From Nitrospirota bacterium (GTDB lineage Bacteria; Nitrospirota; Nitrospiria; Nitrospirales; Nitrospiraceae), in assembly GCA_963701855.1 (NCBI GenBank), contig CAVPBK010000011.1, positions 192,001 through 256,000 of the forward strand: a stretch of DNA of 64,000 nt, in the 5' to 3' direction. Shown piece after piece: positions 41,591 through 52,039 of this stretch (position 1 is its first letter; every line of letters begins with the position of its first letter). Below the pieces are notes generated by a model. The model did not search any database. It was not told where the DNA came from and saw nothing but the letters and a program-made list of their open reading frames with translations. The position numbers were made by a program, and so were the translations under genes.

Positions 41591-42589
41591 TTCCTGTGTT
41601 CCTTCGAGTCGTTCTTGCTCGGCGGCAAGATCCGCATCCACCATCATATGTGCCAGTTCCTCGAATCGAACCTTCGCCTCCCATCCCAAATCCCGTTTGG
41701 CCTTGCTTGCGTCGCCGATAAGGAGGTCCACCTCGGTGGGACGATAGTACGTTGAGTCAATCTTTACGTGTTTCTGCCAATCCAGTTGAAGGCGATTGAA
41801 TGCCAGCTCCAAGAACTCACGCACGGTGTGCGTCTCGCCAGTCGCAATGACGTAGTCCTCCGGCTTGGGGGCCTGCAGCATCATCCACATGGCCTGAATG
41901 TAGTCTCCGGCGAATCCCCAGTCTCGTTTCGCGTCCAAGTTACCCAGAAAGAGATCCTGCTGCACGCCGAGCTTGATCCGTGCCGCCGCTTTCGTGATCT
42001 TGCGCGTCACGAATGTCTCACCGCGCCGGGGCGATTCATGGTTGAATAAAATGCCGTTACAAGCAAAGAGGCCATAGGCTTCTCGATAATTGACCGTCAC
42101 CCAGTAGGAATAGACCTTGGCCGCTCCGTAGGGACTGCGGGGATAGAATGGTGTGGTTTCACGCTGAGGGACGTCCTGTACTTTGCCAAACATCTCGCTT
42201 GACGATGCTTGATAAAACTTCGGCTTCAACCCGGACTCGCGAATGGCTTCCAGGAGGCGAATCGTTCCGAGGCCGGTAATTTCGCCGGTATACTCAGGAA
42301 TATCGAAACTCACACGCACGTGACTTTGTGCGCCCAGGTTGTAAATTTCATCAGGCTGGATCGTTCGGATGATGCGGTTCAGAGAACTTGCATCGTTGAG
42401 ATCGCCATACACCAGATGGAGTCTTCGATGTGGAACATGCGGGTCCTCATAAATGGGATCGATCCGTCCCGTATTAAATGAACTCGATCGCCGAATAATT
42501 CCATACACCTCGTAGCCCTTCCCAAGAAGAAACTCTGCCAGATACGATCCATCCTGCCCTGTAATGCCACTGATCAACGCTTTTTTCAC
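41567..42589 (-). CDS. gmd: GDP-mannose 4,6-dehydratase
   Basis: [56 protein letters not shown]. Confidence 0.97.
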   Translation of the reverse strand: MKKALISGITGQDGSYLAEFLLGKGYEVYGIIRRSSSFNTGRIDPIYEDPHVPHRRLHLVYGDLNDASSLNRIIRTIQPDEIYNLGAQSHVRVSFDIPEYTGEITGLGTIRLLEAIRESGLKPKFYQASSSEMFGKVQDVPQRETTPFYPRSPYGAAKVYSYWVTVNYREAYGLFACNGILFNHESPRRGETFVTRKITKAAARIKLGVQQDLFLGNLDAKRDWGFAGDYIQAMWMMLQAPKPEDYVIATGETHTVREFLELAFNRLQLDWQKHVKIDSTYYRPTEVDLLIGDASKAKRDLGWEAKVRFEELAHMMVDADLAAEQERLEGTQEERLRLEA

Positions 42590-42697
42590 AAGAGAACTCC
42601 TATATTTTGGCAGAAAATGGCTGAATTATGTCTCGATTACATTGCGTTGTCTATGACTAACCGGCTTTTGATCGTTTTACAGCACTGCTGGTTGTTC

Positions 42698-42727
42698 TTG
42701 CACGGAAGCTTCGCTCCGCACTAGAAT
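42698..42727 (+). promoter_or_regulatory. Candidate sigma70 promoter for gspC
   Basis: TTGCAC-18 bp-TAGAAT in the divergent gmd/gspC intergenic region. Confidence 0.35.
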
Positions 42728-42772
42728 GAGTCGTTGAATGGGGTGATCGGTTCGATTTCGGTCTTGAAAACT

Positions 42773-43639
42773 ATGAATATACGTCGGGGCATCATATTCG
42801 CCTATGTCCTGTGTGGCACCTTTCTCGTGGCCCACATCATCAACGCAGTAATTGCGGAGGCCTTGTCTGTACCGGGAGGGCTGGTGCGGCCATCATCAGT
42901 TTCCGACCGAGAGGCTGACGTGAGTACGGCCCTGCCTGTATTGGTTGAACGCATTCGGTCAAGCGGACTCTTTCCCTTACCAATCGACCCACTCGGTATA
43001 ACAGCCACAGGGTCTGTGGCGCCGCCTGCCCGTGCTCCGTTAAATCTGGCATCGAAGCTCAAGTTGCTAGGGGTAGTGATTGGCGATCATGAGGGAGTCT
43101 CGGCCATCGTTGAAGAACTTTCCAGTAAACGCCAACTATTTTTCCGGTTGCACGACCAAATACCTGATGCAGGGGAGATCAGCGAAATCCGGCGGGACGG
43201 GATAGTCGTTCGCCAGGGCGATCAACAGGAGCTGCTTGAACTCGCCGCCTCGCAGATCGAGAAGCCCCCGTCTCCCCCCGTCACAACGGCAGCAGCTGTT
43301 GCTCCGACGCCTGGAATCCCAGTGCGTACAGTGCTCGATCGGAGAGACGTTGAACAAGCAATGGGGGATGTGCCCAAGTTATTGTCCCAAGCGAGAGCCG
43401 TACCCTACCTGGTGAATGGAGCGATGAATGGGTTCCGTCTGGACTTTATCGCACCTTCTAGCTTTTATGAGAAAATCGGTTTGAAGTACGGGGATGTCCT
43501 CCAGCAGGTCAACGGCGTGGACATTCGTGATCCCGGTACGATGCTCACGCTCTTCCAGCAGCTTCGCAACGAGAAAACGGTGAAACTTGATGTCCTGCGT
43601 AACAATCAGCGAACCGCAATGACCTTTGACATTCGCTGA
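42773..43639 (+). CDS. gspC: T2SS protein GspC (HR + PDZ)
   Basis: N-terminal TM, LKLLGVV HR domain, PDZ GFRLDFI..KIGLKYGDVLQQVNG. Confidence 0.9.
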   Translation: MNIRRGIIFAYVLCGTFLVAHIINAVIAEALSVPGGLVRPSSVSDREADVSTALPVLVERIRSSGLFPLPIDPLGITATGSVAPPARAPLNLASKLKLLGVVIGDHEGVSAIVEELSSKRQLFFRLHDQIPDAGEISEIRRDGIVVRQGDQQELLELAASQIEKPPSPPVTTAAAVAPTPGIPVRTVLDRRDVEQAMGDVPKLLSQARAVPYLVNGAMNGFRLDFIAPSSFYEKIGLKYGDVLQQVNGVDIRDPGTMLTLFQQLRNEKTVKLDVLRNNQRTAMTFDIR

Positions 43640-43821
43640 GTCCTTTATATCCTCCGCAGTTGCAGCCCCTTCCTGTGTTCGACAAATGGCTGGCAATCTG
43701 GAGCCTCTAATATAGGCAGGATTAAGAAGACACCCCTCCTATTGACAGACTAAATTGCAGGGGGCCTTCATGACCTTGTCAGAAAGATCCGCTAGAGAGT
43801 ATTCTCTTAATCTCCAAAAGC

Positions 43822-45612
43822 TTGTGGCATTGTCCCGATACCGATGGACTTTCCAGGGATGAGCCATCTATTTGGTGTTCTGTGGTGAACGACGAACATT
43901 CCGGTCGGCCGCTGTTAGGAGCAATCCTCGAAGACAAATTCGGCTTGTCCGAAGCCAAACTGCTTGAAGCGATTAATCTCCAAGGGAGCAAGGGGGGACG
44001 CCTCGGAGAAATCTTGATCCGACTCAGGGCGATTACCGAAGAGCAACTCCTCCAGGCGCTAGCCGTTCAATTTGGACTTCCTTGGCTCCCACATCTTGAT
44101 GAGAGCCAGGTCGACCATGAATGGGTCAAGAAGGTTCCGATCCACTTCGCCCGCCGCTATCATGTGCTCCCTCTCAAGACAGAGGATGGATCGGTTCTTG
44201 TGGCGACAACAGATCCCATGGAAACGGCGGCATTGGATGACCTTCGACTGTTGCTCGGCCTTCCGATCAAACCGATACTGACGAGCAGCTTGTCGCTCCT
44301 GGCCTGCCTCAATCGTGTGTATGACGAAGCAGCGAGTCCTGCAGGGGCAGAGCAAGTAATGGAGGATATCGCGGCCAGTGAGAGTCTGGACCAAATTGCT
44401 CACGAGTTAGATGAGCCACAAGACCTCCTCGATGCCACAGACGAAGCCCCCATCATTCGGTTAGTCAATTCCGTGCTCTTCCAAGCGGTCAGGCAGCGCG
44501 CAAGCGATATTCATTTTGAATCGTTCGAACGGGGGCTGGTCGTGCGATATCGCATCGACGGAGTTCTCTATCCCGTCTTAACCCCCCCCAAACATCTGCA
44601 GGCCAGTATTATTGCGCGTTTGAAGATCATGGCGGGTCTGAACATCGCGGAGAAACGATTGCCGCAGGATGGCCGATTTCGGATCCGGACAGCTGGCAAA
44701 GATGTCGATCTGCGTGTCTCGGTGCTGCCGACCTCACATGGCGAACGGGTGGTCCTGCGTCTGTTGGAGAAAGAGAACCGTCTGCTGAACCTGCAAGAGA
44801 TGGGTTTTTCTCAGGATCGGTTGGGAATCATCCAGCAACTAATTCAGTTATCACATGGCATCATTCTCGTGACCGGACCGACAGGAAGTGGAAAGACGAC
44901 GACACTCTATGCGGCATTGACGCACATCAATGCGCCGGACAAGAATATTATTACCGTCGAAGATCCGGTGGAATATCAGCTGCTTGGCGTGGGCCAGATG
45001 CAGGTAAATCCAAAAATCAACCTGACGTTTGCCGCGGGGTTACGATCAATTCTCAGGCAAGATCCCGATGTCATCATGATCGGTGAAATTCGTGATCGTG
45101 AAACCGCTGAAATCGCCATTCATGCCTCACTCACGGGGCATTTGGTCTTCTCTACGCTCCATACTAATGATGCCGCGAGCGCGGCCACCAGATTGATCGA
45201 CATGGGCATTGAGCCCTTTCTCGTCGCCTCCTCGGTGGTGGCCGTCTTAGCGCAACGGTTGCTGCGCCAGGTCTGCTCGGACTGCAAGCAGCCATATCAG
45301 CCGACTGATGAAGAACTGATTCGCCTCGGTATCGTTCCACCGAGGGTACGCCCCACATTCTATCGTGGGGCCGGATGTCCGGCCTGTTCCCAAACAGGCT
45401 ATCGAGGCCGAACTGGTATTTTTGAACTCCTCGTGCTGGACGATGAGATACGCCGCCTCGTCGGTAACAAGGCGGACTCGACATCGATTCGTCAAGCGGC
45501 GATGGCGAAGGGGATGGTGACATTGAAAGATGAAGGGGCAGAGAAGGTCTTTCACGGGATCACGACGACTGAGGAACTGATGCGAATTACCCAACAGGAA
45601 GTCGAGATATAG
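43822..45612 (+). CDS. gspE: T2SS ATPase GspE
   Basis: ASDIHFE, RLPQDGR, GPTGSGKTT, LRQDPD, CxxC..CxxC; likely start is GTG near 43885. Confidence 0.95.
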   Translation: MWHCPDTDGLSRDEPSIWCSVVNDEHSGRPLLGAILEDKFGLSEAKLLEAINLQGSKGGRLGEILIRLRAITEEQLLQALAVQFGLPWLPHLDESQVDHEWVKKVPIHFARRYHVLPLKTEDGSVLVATTDPMETAALDDLRLLLGLPIKPILTSSLSLLACLNRVYDEAASPAGAEQVMEDIAASESLDQIAHELDEPQDLLDATDEAPIIRLVNSVLFQAVRQRASDIHFESFERGLVVRYRIDGVLYPVLTPPKHLQASIIARLKIMAGLNIAEKRLPQDGRFRIRTAGKDVDLRVSVLPTSHGERVVLRLLEKENRLLNLQEMGFSQDRLGIIQQLIQLSHGIILVTGPTGSGKTTTLYAALTHINAPDKNIITVEDPVEYQLLGVGQMQVNPKINLTFAAGLRSILRQDPDVIMIGEIRDRETAEIAIHASLTGHLVFSTLHTNDAASAATRLIDMGIEPFLVASSVVAVLAQRLLRQVCSDCKQPYQPTDEELIRLGIVPPRVRPTFYRGAGCPACSQTGYRGRTGIFELLVLDDEIRRLVGNKADSTSIRQAAMAKGMVTLKDEGAEKVFHGITTTEELMRITQQEVEI

Positions 45613-45804
45613 CCCGCATTACTCATGAACGCTTCTGCTACAATCACCGATTCGCTGCTACGACGAGCCTTCGGCCAGCGGGCTCGCCCCTCGGACCCTC
45701 AACGTACTACACGAGTACGCCTCGGATCCTCACGGCTCCGCACGCTGGTCTCGCAACGCGGCTCCGCGATTTCGCGACGAACCGTCATGAATAATGAGGG
45801 CTAG
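45610..45804. mobile_element. MITE-like element, family 2
   Basis: TIRs TAGCCCGCATTACTCATGA and TCATGAATAATGAGGGCTA; starts at the gspE stop codon; internal GACCCTCAACGTAC..GTACG shared with the 760-962 element. Confidence 0.75.
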
Positions 45805-45808
45805 CACG

Positions 45809-47053
45809 ATGCCCGTCTATCACTATAAAGGCTATCGGAACGACGGCGGAGCCGCGACCGGCATTATCGATGCCGAGAGCCCGAAGGTTGCGCGCGTAAA
45901 ATTGCGGAAAGTCGGCGTGTTTCCCACCGATATGGTGGAACAGGGCTCGGGCTCGACCACAGCCGGTTCGGCCACGGGCACTTCCAGCAAATCCGCTGCT
46001 GGAATTGGACGTTCCCCGGCTCTCAGCACAACGGATGTCGCAATGATGACCCGGCAGTTGGCGACCTTGCTGGTCGCAGGGCTGCCGCTGGTCGAAGCGC
46101 TCGGGGTGATGGTGGATCAAACTGAGAAGAAAGCCGTGAAGAGCCTCATGGCCGACATCCGCGAAGAAATCCGTGGAGGCGCGTCCTATAGTGCGGTGCT
46201 GGAGCGTTACCCTCGTGAATTCTCTCAGATTTATGTGCATATGGTGCGAGCCGGAGAAGCCAGCGGGGCCTTGGATCAGATTTTATTCCGACTTGCGGAA
46301 TTTCTGGAAAAACAGTTGGCGCTCAAACACAAAGTAACCAACGCCGTTCTCTATCCTGCTCTGATGTTAATCGTCGGCGTCTCGGTGCTGTTTTTCCTCA
46401 TGACCTTTGTTGTGCCCAAAATTACCGCCGTCTTTACGAGTATGAAGCAGGCCCTCCCCTGGCCCACCGTCGTGCTGATGAGCATCAGCCATTTCCTTGC
46501 CGACTATTGGGCAGTGATGCTCGGTGGGATTGGTCTGATCGTATGGGCGGCGCGCCGGGCAATGAAAACAGAATCAGGACAGCTCACGGCAGACCGATGG
46601 CTCCTCAAAGTTCCGCTCATGGGCGAGGTGGCCCGTATGGTCGCCATCTCGCGGCTCACGAGCACGCTCGCCACCATGCTGGCGAGTGGTGTGCAGTTGT
46701 TGGATGCCATGGATGTTGCCAAACGTGTGATGAACAATCGTGTATTGGAACATGCGGTCGAGGGGGCCAGACAGAATATACGGGAAGGCGAAACGATCGC
46801 CGAACCGCTGAAGCGCAGCGGAGAATTTCCCGCGCTGGTCACCCACATGATTGCGGTCGGCGAACGCAGCGGTGAAATGGAGGAAATGCTGCGTCGAATC
46901 GGACACATTTATGATGGAGAAGTAGACCGGGTCATTACACGATTCACATCGCTCCTTGAACCCATCATGATCTTGTTCATGGGTATCTTGGTGTTCTGTA
47001 TTGTGGTAGCTATTCTGTTGCCGATCTTTGAGATGGGACAGATGGTTCGATAG
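45809..47053 (+). CDS. gspF: T2SS inner-membrane platform GspF
   Basis: QLATLLVAGLPL, AGEASG.LD, YPA, VGERSG, EPIMI. Confidence 0.95.
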   Translation: MPVYHYKGYRNDGGAATGIIDAESPKVARVKLRKVGVFPTDMVEQGSGSTTAGSATGTSSKSAAGIGRSPALSTTDVAMMTRQLATLLVAGLPLVEALGVMVDQTEKKAVKSLMADIREEIRGGASYSAVLERYPREFSQIYVHMVRAGEASGALDQILFRLAEFLEKQLALKHKVTNAVLYPALMLIVGVSVLFFLMTFVVPKITAVFTSMKQALPWPTVVLMSISHFLADYWAVMLGGIGLIVWAARRAMKTESGQLTADRWLLKVPLMGEVARMVAISRLTSTLATMLASGVQLLDAMDVAKRVMNNRVLEHAVEGARQNIREGETIAEPLKRSGEFPALVTHMIAVGERSGEMEEMLRRIGHIYDGEVDRVITRFTSLLEPIMILFMGILVFCIVVAILLPIFEMGQMVR

Positions 47054-47268
47054 CAGGAGGCTGAAAAAGTCCGCCAGTTCGGGGAAAGCTGAGGTCAAGG
47101 CTGAGAAGAGAGGCTAAGGTTAAGGTTGAGGGGGGAAGGCTGGAAGTTAGAGGTTTGAGGGTGACGGTTGAAGCCTGAGAGCCAATGTAGAGGGTGCAGA
47201 ATTGAAGAGAGGCAGAGAAATATCCGGCTCATTGCTTCCGAGCTTGGCCTTAACCTCGGCCTCAACCT
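47051..47268. repeat. Half family-1 MITE plus hexamer repeat hairpin
   Basis: TAGCAGGAGGCTGAAAAAGTCCGCCAG at the gspF stop, then AGGTCA AGGCTG..AGGCTA AGGTTA AGGTTG and CCTTAA CCTCGG CCTCAA CCT. Confidence 0.75.
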
Positions 47269-47311
47269 ACCTCTGATCAGTGATGGGTGATGAGTCTATG
47301 GGAGGTGTTCG

Positions 47312-47839
47312 ATGAATGGAATAGAGCAGGTCGAGGGCATGTGGACGATGTGGAGCAGGAACCGCTGGCGCCGAGGTTCCGTCGCCAGGCGCCTCACGCC
47401 TCGCGACCTGGGTGGAACAGCCGGATTTACGTTTATCGAGATCATGGTCGTGGTGGCCATTCTCGCAATCCTCGCCGCCTTGGTCGTCCCTCGCATTATG
47501 GGACGGACCGACGATGCCAAGCGCACAGCGGCAAAAGTTCAAATTCGAAATATCGAAGGAGCCTTACAGCTCTACAAACTCGACAATGGGGTCTATCCTT
47601 CGACTGAACAAGGATTGAAGGCCTTGGTAGAAAAACCTTCGGTCGGGGTGGTCCCAAAGAAGTGGAAGATAGGCGGATATCTTCAAAAACTCCCGGAAGA
47701 TCCCTGGGCAAATCCCTATAAGTATCTGAGTCCTAGTCCGAAAGGTGACTACGAGCTGGTCTCCCTTGGAACAGATGGCGAAGTGGGTGGCGAAGGAATC
47801 AATGCCGATATAGCCAATTGGAATCTGGATAAGGATTAG
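47312..47839 (+). CDS. gspG: T2SS major pseudopilin GspG
   Basis: G/FTFIEIMVV, YKLDNG.YP, GLKALV, DPWANPY, GTDG..GGEG..ADI; exact start uncertain. Confidence 0.95.
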   Translation: MNGIEQVEGMWTMWSRNRWRRGSVARRLTPRDLGGTAGFTFIEIMVVVAILAILAALVVPRIMGRTDDAKRTAAKVQIRNIEGALQLYKLDNGVYPSTEQGLKALVEKPSVGVVPKKWKIGGYLQKLPEDPWANPYKYLSPSPKGDYELVSLGTDGEVGGEGINADIANWNLDKD

Positions 47840-47843
47840 CAGG

Positions 47844-48494
47844 ATGAAGCACGGGGTAAAGGGAGTAAGAAAGGGTAAGAAGGGACGAATATGGGAGATG
47901 CACGGGACGTCGTCCCGCGCCTCACGCCTGATGCCTCACGCCATACGATCCTCACGTGGATTCACTATCTTGGAAATCATCATTGTGCTGTTCTTGCTCG
48001 TCGGTTTGCTGGGAATCGTTCTGCCTCGAATTTCTCTGGAAGAAAACCTCGGTTCCGTCGGCCGCCGAATGGTCGGGACAGTACGATCCCTCCAGAGCCT
48101 AGCCATGTCAACCCAAAAGACGGTCCGTCTATACGTTGATATCGACCAAGGGGTCTATTGGCCGATGATCTTGGATGGGAACCAAGAAAAGGTGCCGATA
48201 GACGCCGCCTGGACCACGCCGCTGAGCCTCCCAGCCGCTATCCGCTTTTCAGATATTCTGGCCGCTCAAGAGAATAAGACGTTCGGTCGGGTCGATCTGT
48301 CCTTCTACCCTACGGGAAGGATCGATCCAGCAACGATGCATTTGGTGGATGCGCGCAACAACATTCTGGCCATTGCCATCGAGCCGGTCACAGGAGCGAT
48401 CCGCATGAGCGACGAACGGATTGAGCCTGCCAGACCACTCATCATTCTCGAACGTGTGAGGCCATTGCTCAAGACCACAGCGGCAGGCGGCTAA
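47844..48494 (+). CDS. gspH: Minor pseudopilin GspH
   Basis: G/FTILEII prepilin motif, FYPTG, position after gspG. Confidence 0.8.
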   Translation: MKHGVKGVRKGKKGRIWEMHGTSSRASRLMPHAIRSSRGFTILEIIIVLFLLVGLLGIVLPRISLEENLGSVGRRMVGTVRSLQSLAMSTQKTVRLYVDIDQGVYWPMILDGNQEKVPIDAAWTTPLSLPAAIRFSDILAAQENKTFGRVDLSFYPTGRIDPATMHLVDARNNILAIAIEPVTGAIRMSDERIEPARPLIILERVRPLLKTTAAGG

Positions 48495-48539
48495 CCACGC
48501 CAACGTTGAGGACGCTGTGTCATCGCAGAGTGTGTTTCT

Positions 48540-48956
48540 ATGGGGAGTGAACGGGGTTTCACGTTATTGGAAGTATTGATCGCGCTCGGCATTCTCGCGC
48601 TGGCGCTGCCGATCTTATTGGGGCTTCGCAATTGGGATCTCGACCTCCATGCGAGAGCCAAAGAACTCACGACCGCCACCATCCTTGCGCAGGAAAAGTT
48701 GATCGAGACGGAATTGGGAGCCCTCTTGCCCCTCGGTGAAACAGGCGGAGAGTTTCTTCCGATCCCCCTGGGATCGCAAGCCACCGCCGAGATCCAGAAC
48801 CGCCCGTCAAATTATCGATGGAAGCGAATTGTATCGCCTACACCGTTGCCGGCCGTGCGAGAAATCAAGATTCAGATTTTGTGGCCCCGAGGGAAAACGG
48901 ATGAAATGGTCGAAGTCAGTACCTACGTCTTTTCGACGAGCGCCACGGGATTCTGA
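48540..48956 (+). CDS. gspI: Minor pseudopilin GspI
   Basis: G/FTLLEVLIAL, size and position. Confidence 0.8.
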   Translation: MGSERGFTLLEVLIALGILALALPILLGLRNWDLDLHARAKELTTATILAQEKLIETELGALLPLGETGGEFLPIPLGSQATAEIQNRPSNYRWKRIVSPTPLPAVREIKIQILWPRGKTDEMVEVSTYVFSTSATGF

Positions 48957-49542
48957 AGGTGGCTTCACCTTGATCGAAGTCCTCCTGGCAGTGTCTCTGA
49001 TTGCCATGATGGCCACCGTGGTCTTTGGATCCCTCTATGTCACCATCAATGCGATCGATGCGGCACGAATAAAATCAGCCGATGAGCAAATCGTTCGCAG
49101 CACGCTGCGTCTCATGAACGATGAACTATCGGTCAGCATGGACCGCCCTATCGGTCCGTGGGTGGGCATCAATGCCCAATACGAAGGTCGTCCTGCCGAC
49201 TCAGTAGCCTTTCTTACCATGGGCCAGTTTCGAGGAGCGGAATCGGCCAAAGATACTGAGATGGTTCGTATCGTCTACACCAGAGAAGGCGATCGTCTCC
49301 TTCGATTCGTGCGAAGGAATCTCTATGGTTTGACAGACGAATCTGTCGAGCAAGTCGAGCTGGCCACCAAGGTAAAAGGGTTCAACGTGCGCTACTACGA
49401 CGGTAAGAGCAATCTCTGGCTGGATGAGTGGACTGGTGGTGGGAGTGCGCCTCCCAAAGCGATCTTACTTGAACTCACGCTGCTCCAAGAGAGGGCGGAA
49501 CTCCAGACCGTACGCCAATGGGTGGCGGTGGGGGCCTCATGA
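48901..49542 (+). CDS. gspJ: Minor pseudopilin GspJ
   Basis: G/FTLIEVLLAV, W..W..PKAI; ATG at 48901 with GAGGG RBS, overlapping gspI by 56 nt. Confidence 0.8.
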   Translation: MKWSKSVPTSFRRAPRDSEGGFTLIEVLLAVSLIAMMATVVFGSLYVTINAIDAARIKSADEQIVRSTLRLMNDELSVSMDRPIGPWVGINAQYEGRPADSVAFLTMGQFRGAESAKDTEMVRIVYTREGDRLLRFVRRNLYGLTDESVEQVELATKVKGFNVRYYDGKSNLWLDEWTGGGSAPPKAILLELTLLQERAELQTVRQWVAVGAS

Positions 49543-50441
49543 CAGCCTGGTCTCTCGCCTGGCCTGAGAGACTGAAGCTGAACGGCCCCCTGGGGTGGGG
49601 ATTAGCATCGCTGGCCTGCTTCATGATATTTCTGGTCCTGACCTTTCCCTATGGCCCACTCCAGAACCGCCTGTTGACCGAACTCAATCGGGCGAGTGGA
49701 TGGGAGGTCCGTGCTGCGGATTGGTCGGTGGGTCTTCCCGCAGCCATTGAGTGGCGTGATCTCGTCCTCACTGGACCGACGATCGGAACGATTCCCGTTG
49801 AAGCCGTCCAGGCAACAATTGGAGTCTTCCAAGCAATTTTAGGCCAAGTAGTGCTAGATTACGCCATCCAGCTGCCGAGAGTGACGCCGGCGGGAGTGGG
49901 ACGAGCCACGGGGTCGCTGACGGCAGCCTCGTGGTCCTTAGCGGGTCCTATTGCCGTCAAAGGCCGGCTTCAGGAGCTAGACCTTGCAGCAGTCCTAAAA
50001 CCCTATGTGAGCCGTGGGACAGTCCAGGGAGATTTTATGCATCGATGGGACAATGTACAAGGCGCCCAGGCTGCCATCAAAGGGGAAGGGACCGTGAATG
50101 TCGAAATCAAGGATCTCGTCGTCGAACGGATTGCTGCCGGCGCTACTGTGAATTCTTCGCTTGCGTTCGGCCATATCCAGGCTGCCATCGCCTGCCGCGA
50201 TGGCGCATGCGACGTCACGGAATTGAAGGGAGACGGTGTGGACGGATCCTTTACGGCCCAGGGACATGTGGCATTGCGGCAGCCACTGCAGCAGAGCCTT
50301 CTTGATCTCACGGTCACCGTGGTTCCCGGCGCCGGGTTTGCCAAAAAAGCAGCGAGCCTCTCGTTACCGCCATTCCAAACAGGCACCCCTTTGACGTTCA
50401 AGCTGATGGGCCCGATTATGAGTGCGAGGGTGGCGTTCTAG
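49539..50441 (+). CDS. gspN: T2SS protein GspN-like
   Basis: N-terminal TM ending LTFPY, beta-rich body, ATGA overlap with gspJ. Confidence 0.7.
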   Translation: MTAWSLAWPERLKLNGPLGWGLASLACFMIFLVLTFPYGPLQNRLLTELNRASGWEVRAADWSVGLPAAIEWRDLVLTGPTIGTIPVEAVQATIGVFQAILGQVVLDYAIQLPRVTPAGVGRATGSLTAASWSLAGPIAVKGRLQELDLAAVLKPYVSRGTVQGDFMHRWDNVQGAQAAIKGEGTVNVEIKDLVVERIAAGATVNSSLAFGHIQAAIACRDGACDVTELKGDGVDGSFTAQGHVALRQPLQQSLLDLTVTVVPGAGFAKKAASLSLPPFQTGTPLTFKLMGPIMSARVAF

Positions 50442-50458
50442 ATGAGAAACAAACAGAG

Positions 50459-52039
50459 TTGTCGATGATTGCTGAATGTGTCGGGCTCGATATTGGGCAG
50501 ACAGCCTTCAAGGCCGTGCGGTTTCGCCGCCGTCTGACAGGGCGTGAATCGGTGGAATACTTCCACCAACCCATTCCTTATAGCCGCCAGGAACACACGG
50601 AGCCTGCACATCGCACGGCCATGCTCAGAAGTTTCCTCTGGCAACATGGTTTGTATGGCGGTGGGGAAATCGTCACCGCGCTCCCCTGCCAGGATGTATT
50701 TGTCAGAACCCTCTCCTTCCCCTTTCGCGATGCCACCAAGCTGGCGCAGATCGTCCCATTCGAAATGGAAAATCTGATTCCTATGCCTTTGGAAGACGTC
50801 ACCGTCGGCAGTCTGTTGCTGCCGGCGAGAGAATCCCCTGAAGGGACCATGAAAACCAAAGGGTCCGATGTCCTCGTCACCGCAGCGCCCAAAACAAAGA
50901 TCACTGAGCATTTGCGGTTTATGGCCTCTGCTGATCTGAACCCCTCCGCAATCACGATTGACGGCATGGCCTTGTTTTCCGTCAGCCAGTTTCTGAAGGA
51001 GGAAGGGGCCCAAGTCCCCGGCGACATGGCGATCATCGATGTCGGGGCCTCAAAGACGACCTTGTGCCTAGTGCATGAAGGCCGCCCCGTGCTGCTGCGA
51101 ACCGTGCAGTGGGGTGGGAACCATCTCACCCTGGCGCTTGCCGTTCGCCATGCTTGCAGCTTCGCCGAGGCAGAACGGCGGAAACGAGCCATGGCCGTAC
51201 AGGAAATCGATGCCTGGCTCGAGCCGGTACTCAAAGAGTTGCGCGTCTCCCTCCACGCCTACGAAAGCACCGTCCATCAACGGCTGACTCATTGTTGGGT
51301 ATCGGGCGGCGGCTCGAAACTGAAAGAACTGAGCGGGCATATGGCGCATCAATTGGGGTTACTCCCGGTTGGCCCACGGCAAGGATTTGGGTCGAGCTGT
51401 CCTCGCGCGTTTTCCATTGCTTTCGGATTAGCGATCCATCCAGGCATTGTCCGCCCCCGCTGGAAATCGAGGCTGGCAGGGTCAAATCTCGCTCTTGATT
51501 TCAAGGCCGGCAGCGATGCCGCATCAGCCACCATAGATGTCTCGAAACAGGACCGGCGGCTGGCCCTATGGGGCGGGCTCATCCTGATTGTTCTGGCCCT
51601 GGTGGACCTTTCAGTGCGCGTCGTCCTCAAGGATTCGACGGTCAAAGACCTCAAGCTCGGACTCCAAACGCAATACGAGCAAACCTTCGGTCCAGGCGCC
51701 GGCCCCGGCGAGGAATTGGACCAAGCGCGCTATCGAGTCTCACAGCTTGAAAAAGGTCTCTCGATTGTCGACGGCACACGCTACAACGTCCTTGCCGGCC
51801 TTGCGGAACTGGTGAAACATGTACCACCAGGCATACCATTGAAAGTGCGAGAACTGACGATCGACGGGAGCACCATCCATCTGGAGGGAGAAACCACAAC
51901 CTTCGATGCGGTTGAGAAGATCAAGCAAGCCTTTGCGGGAGACGAAACCTTTCATGACGTGTCCATTAGCGATACCCGTGTCGGGGCTGTGCCGAACCAA
52001 GTCGTGTTTCGCCTCACCTATGCGGTGCAACGGCCATGA
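50459..52039 (+). CDS. gspL: T2SS GspL (PilM-like actin domain + TM + periplasmic domain)
   Basis: VGLDIG, IIDVGASKT, WGG, VSGGGSKL, TM, PilN-like tail. Confidence 0.8.
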   Translation: MSMIAECVGLDIGQTAFKAVRFRRRLTGRESVEYFHQPIPYSRQEHTEPAHRTAMLRSFLWQHGLYGGGEIVTALPCQDVFVRTLSFPFRDATKLAQIVPFEMENLIPMPLEDVTVGSLLLPARESPEGTMKTKGSDVLVTAAPKTKITEHLRFMASADLNPSAITIDGMALFSVSQFLKEEGAQVPGDMAIIDVGASKTTLCLVHEGRPVLLRTVQWGGNHLTLALAVRHACSFAEAERRKRAMAVQEIDAWLEPVLKELRVSLHAYESTVHQRLTHCWVSGGGSKLKELSGHMAHQLGLLPVGPRQGFGSSCPRAFSIAFGLAIHPGIVRPRWKSRLAGSNLALDFKAGSDAASATIDVSKQDRRLALWGGLILIVLALVDLSVRVVLKDSTVKDLKLGLQTQYEQTFGPGAGPGEELDQARYRVSQLEKGLSIVDGTRYNVLAGLAELVKHVPPGIPLKVRELTIDGSTIHLEGETTTFDAVEKIKQAFAGDETFHDVSISDTRVGAVPNQVVFRLTYAVQRP

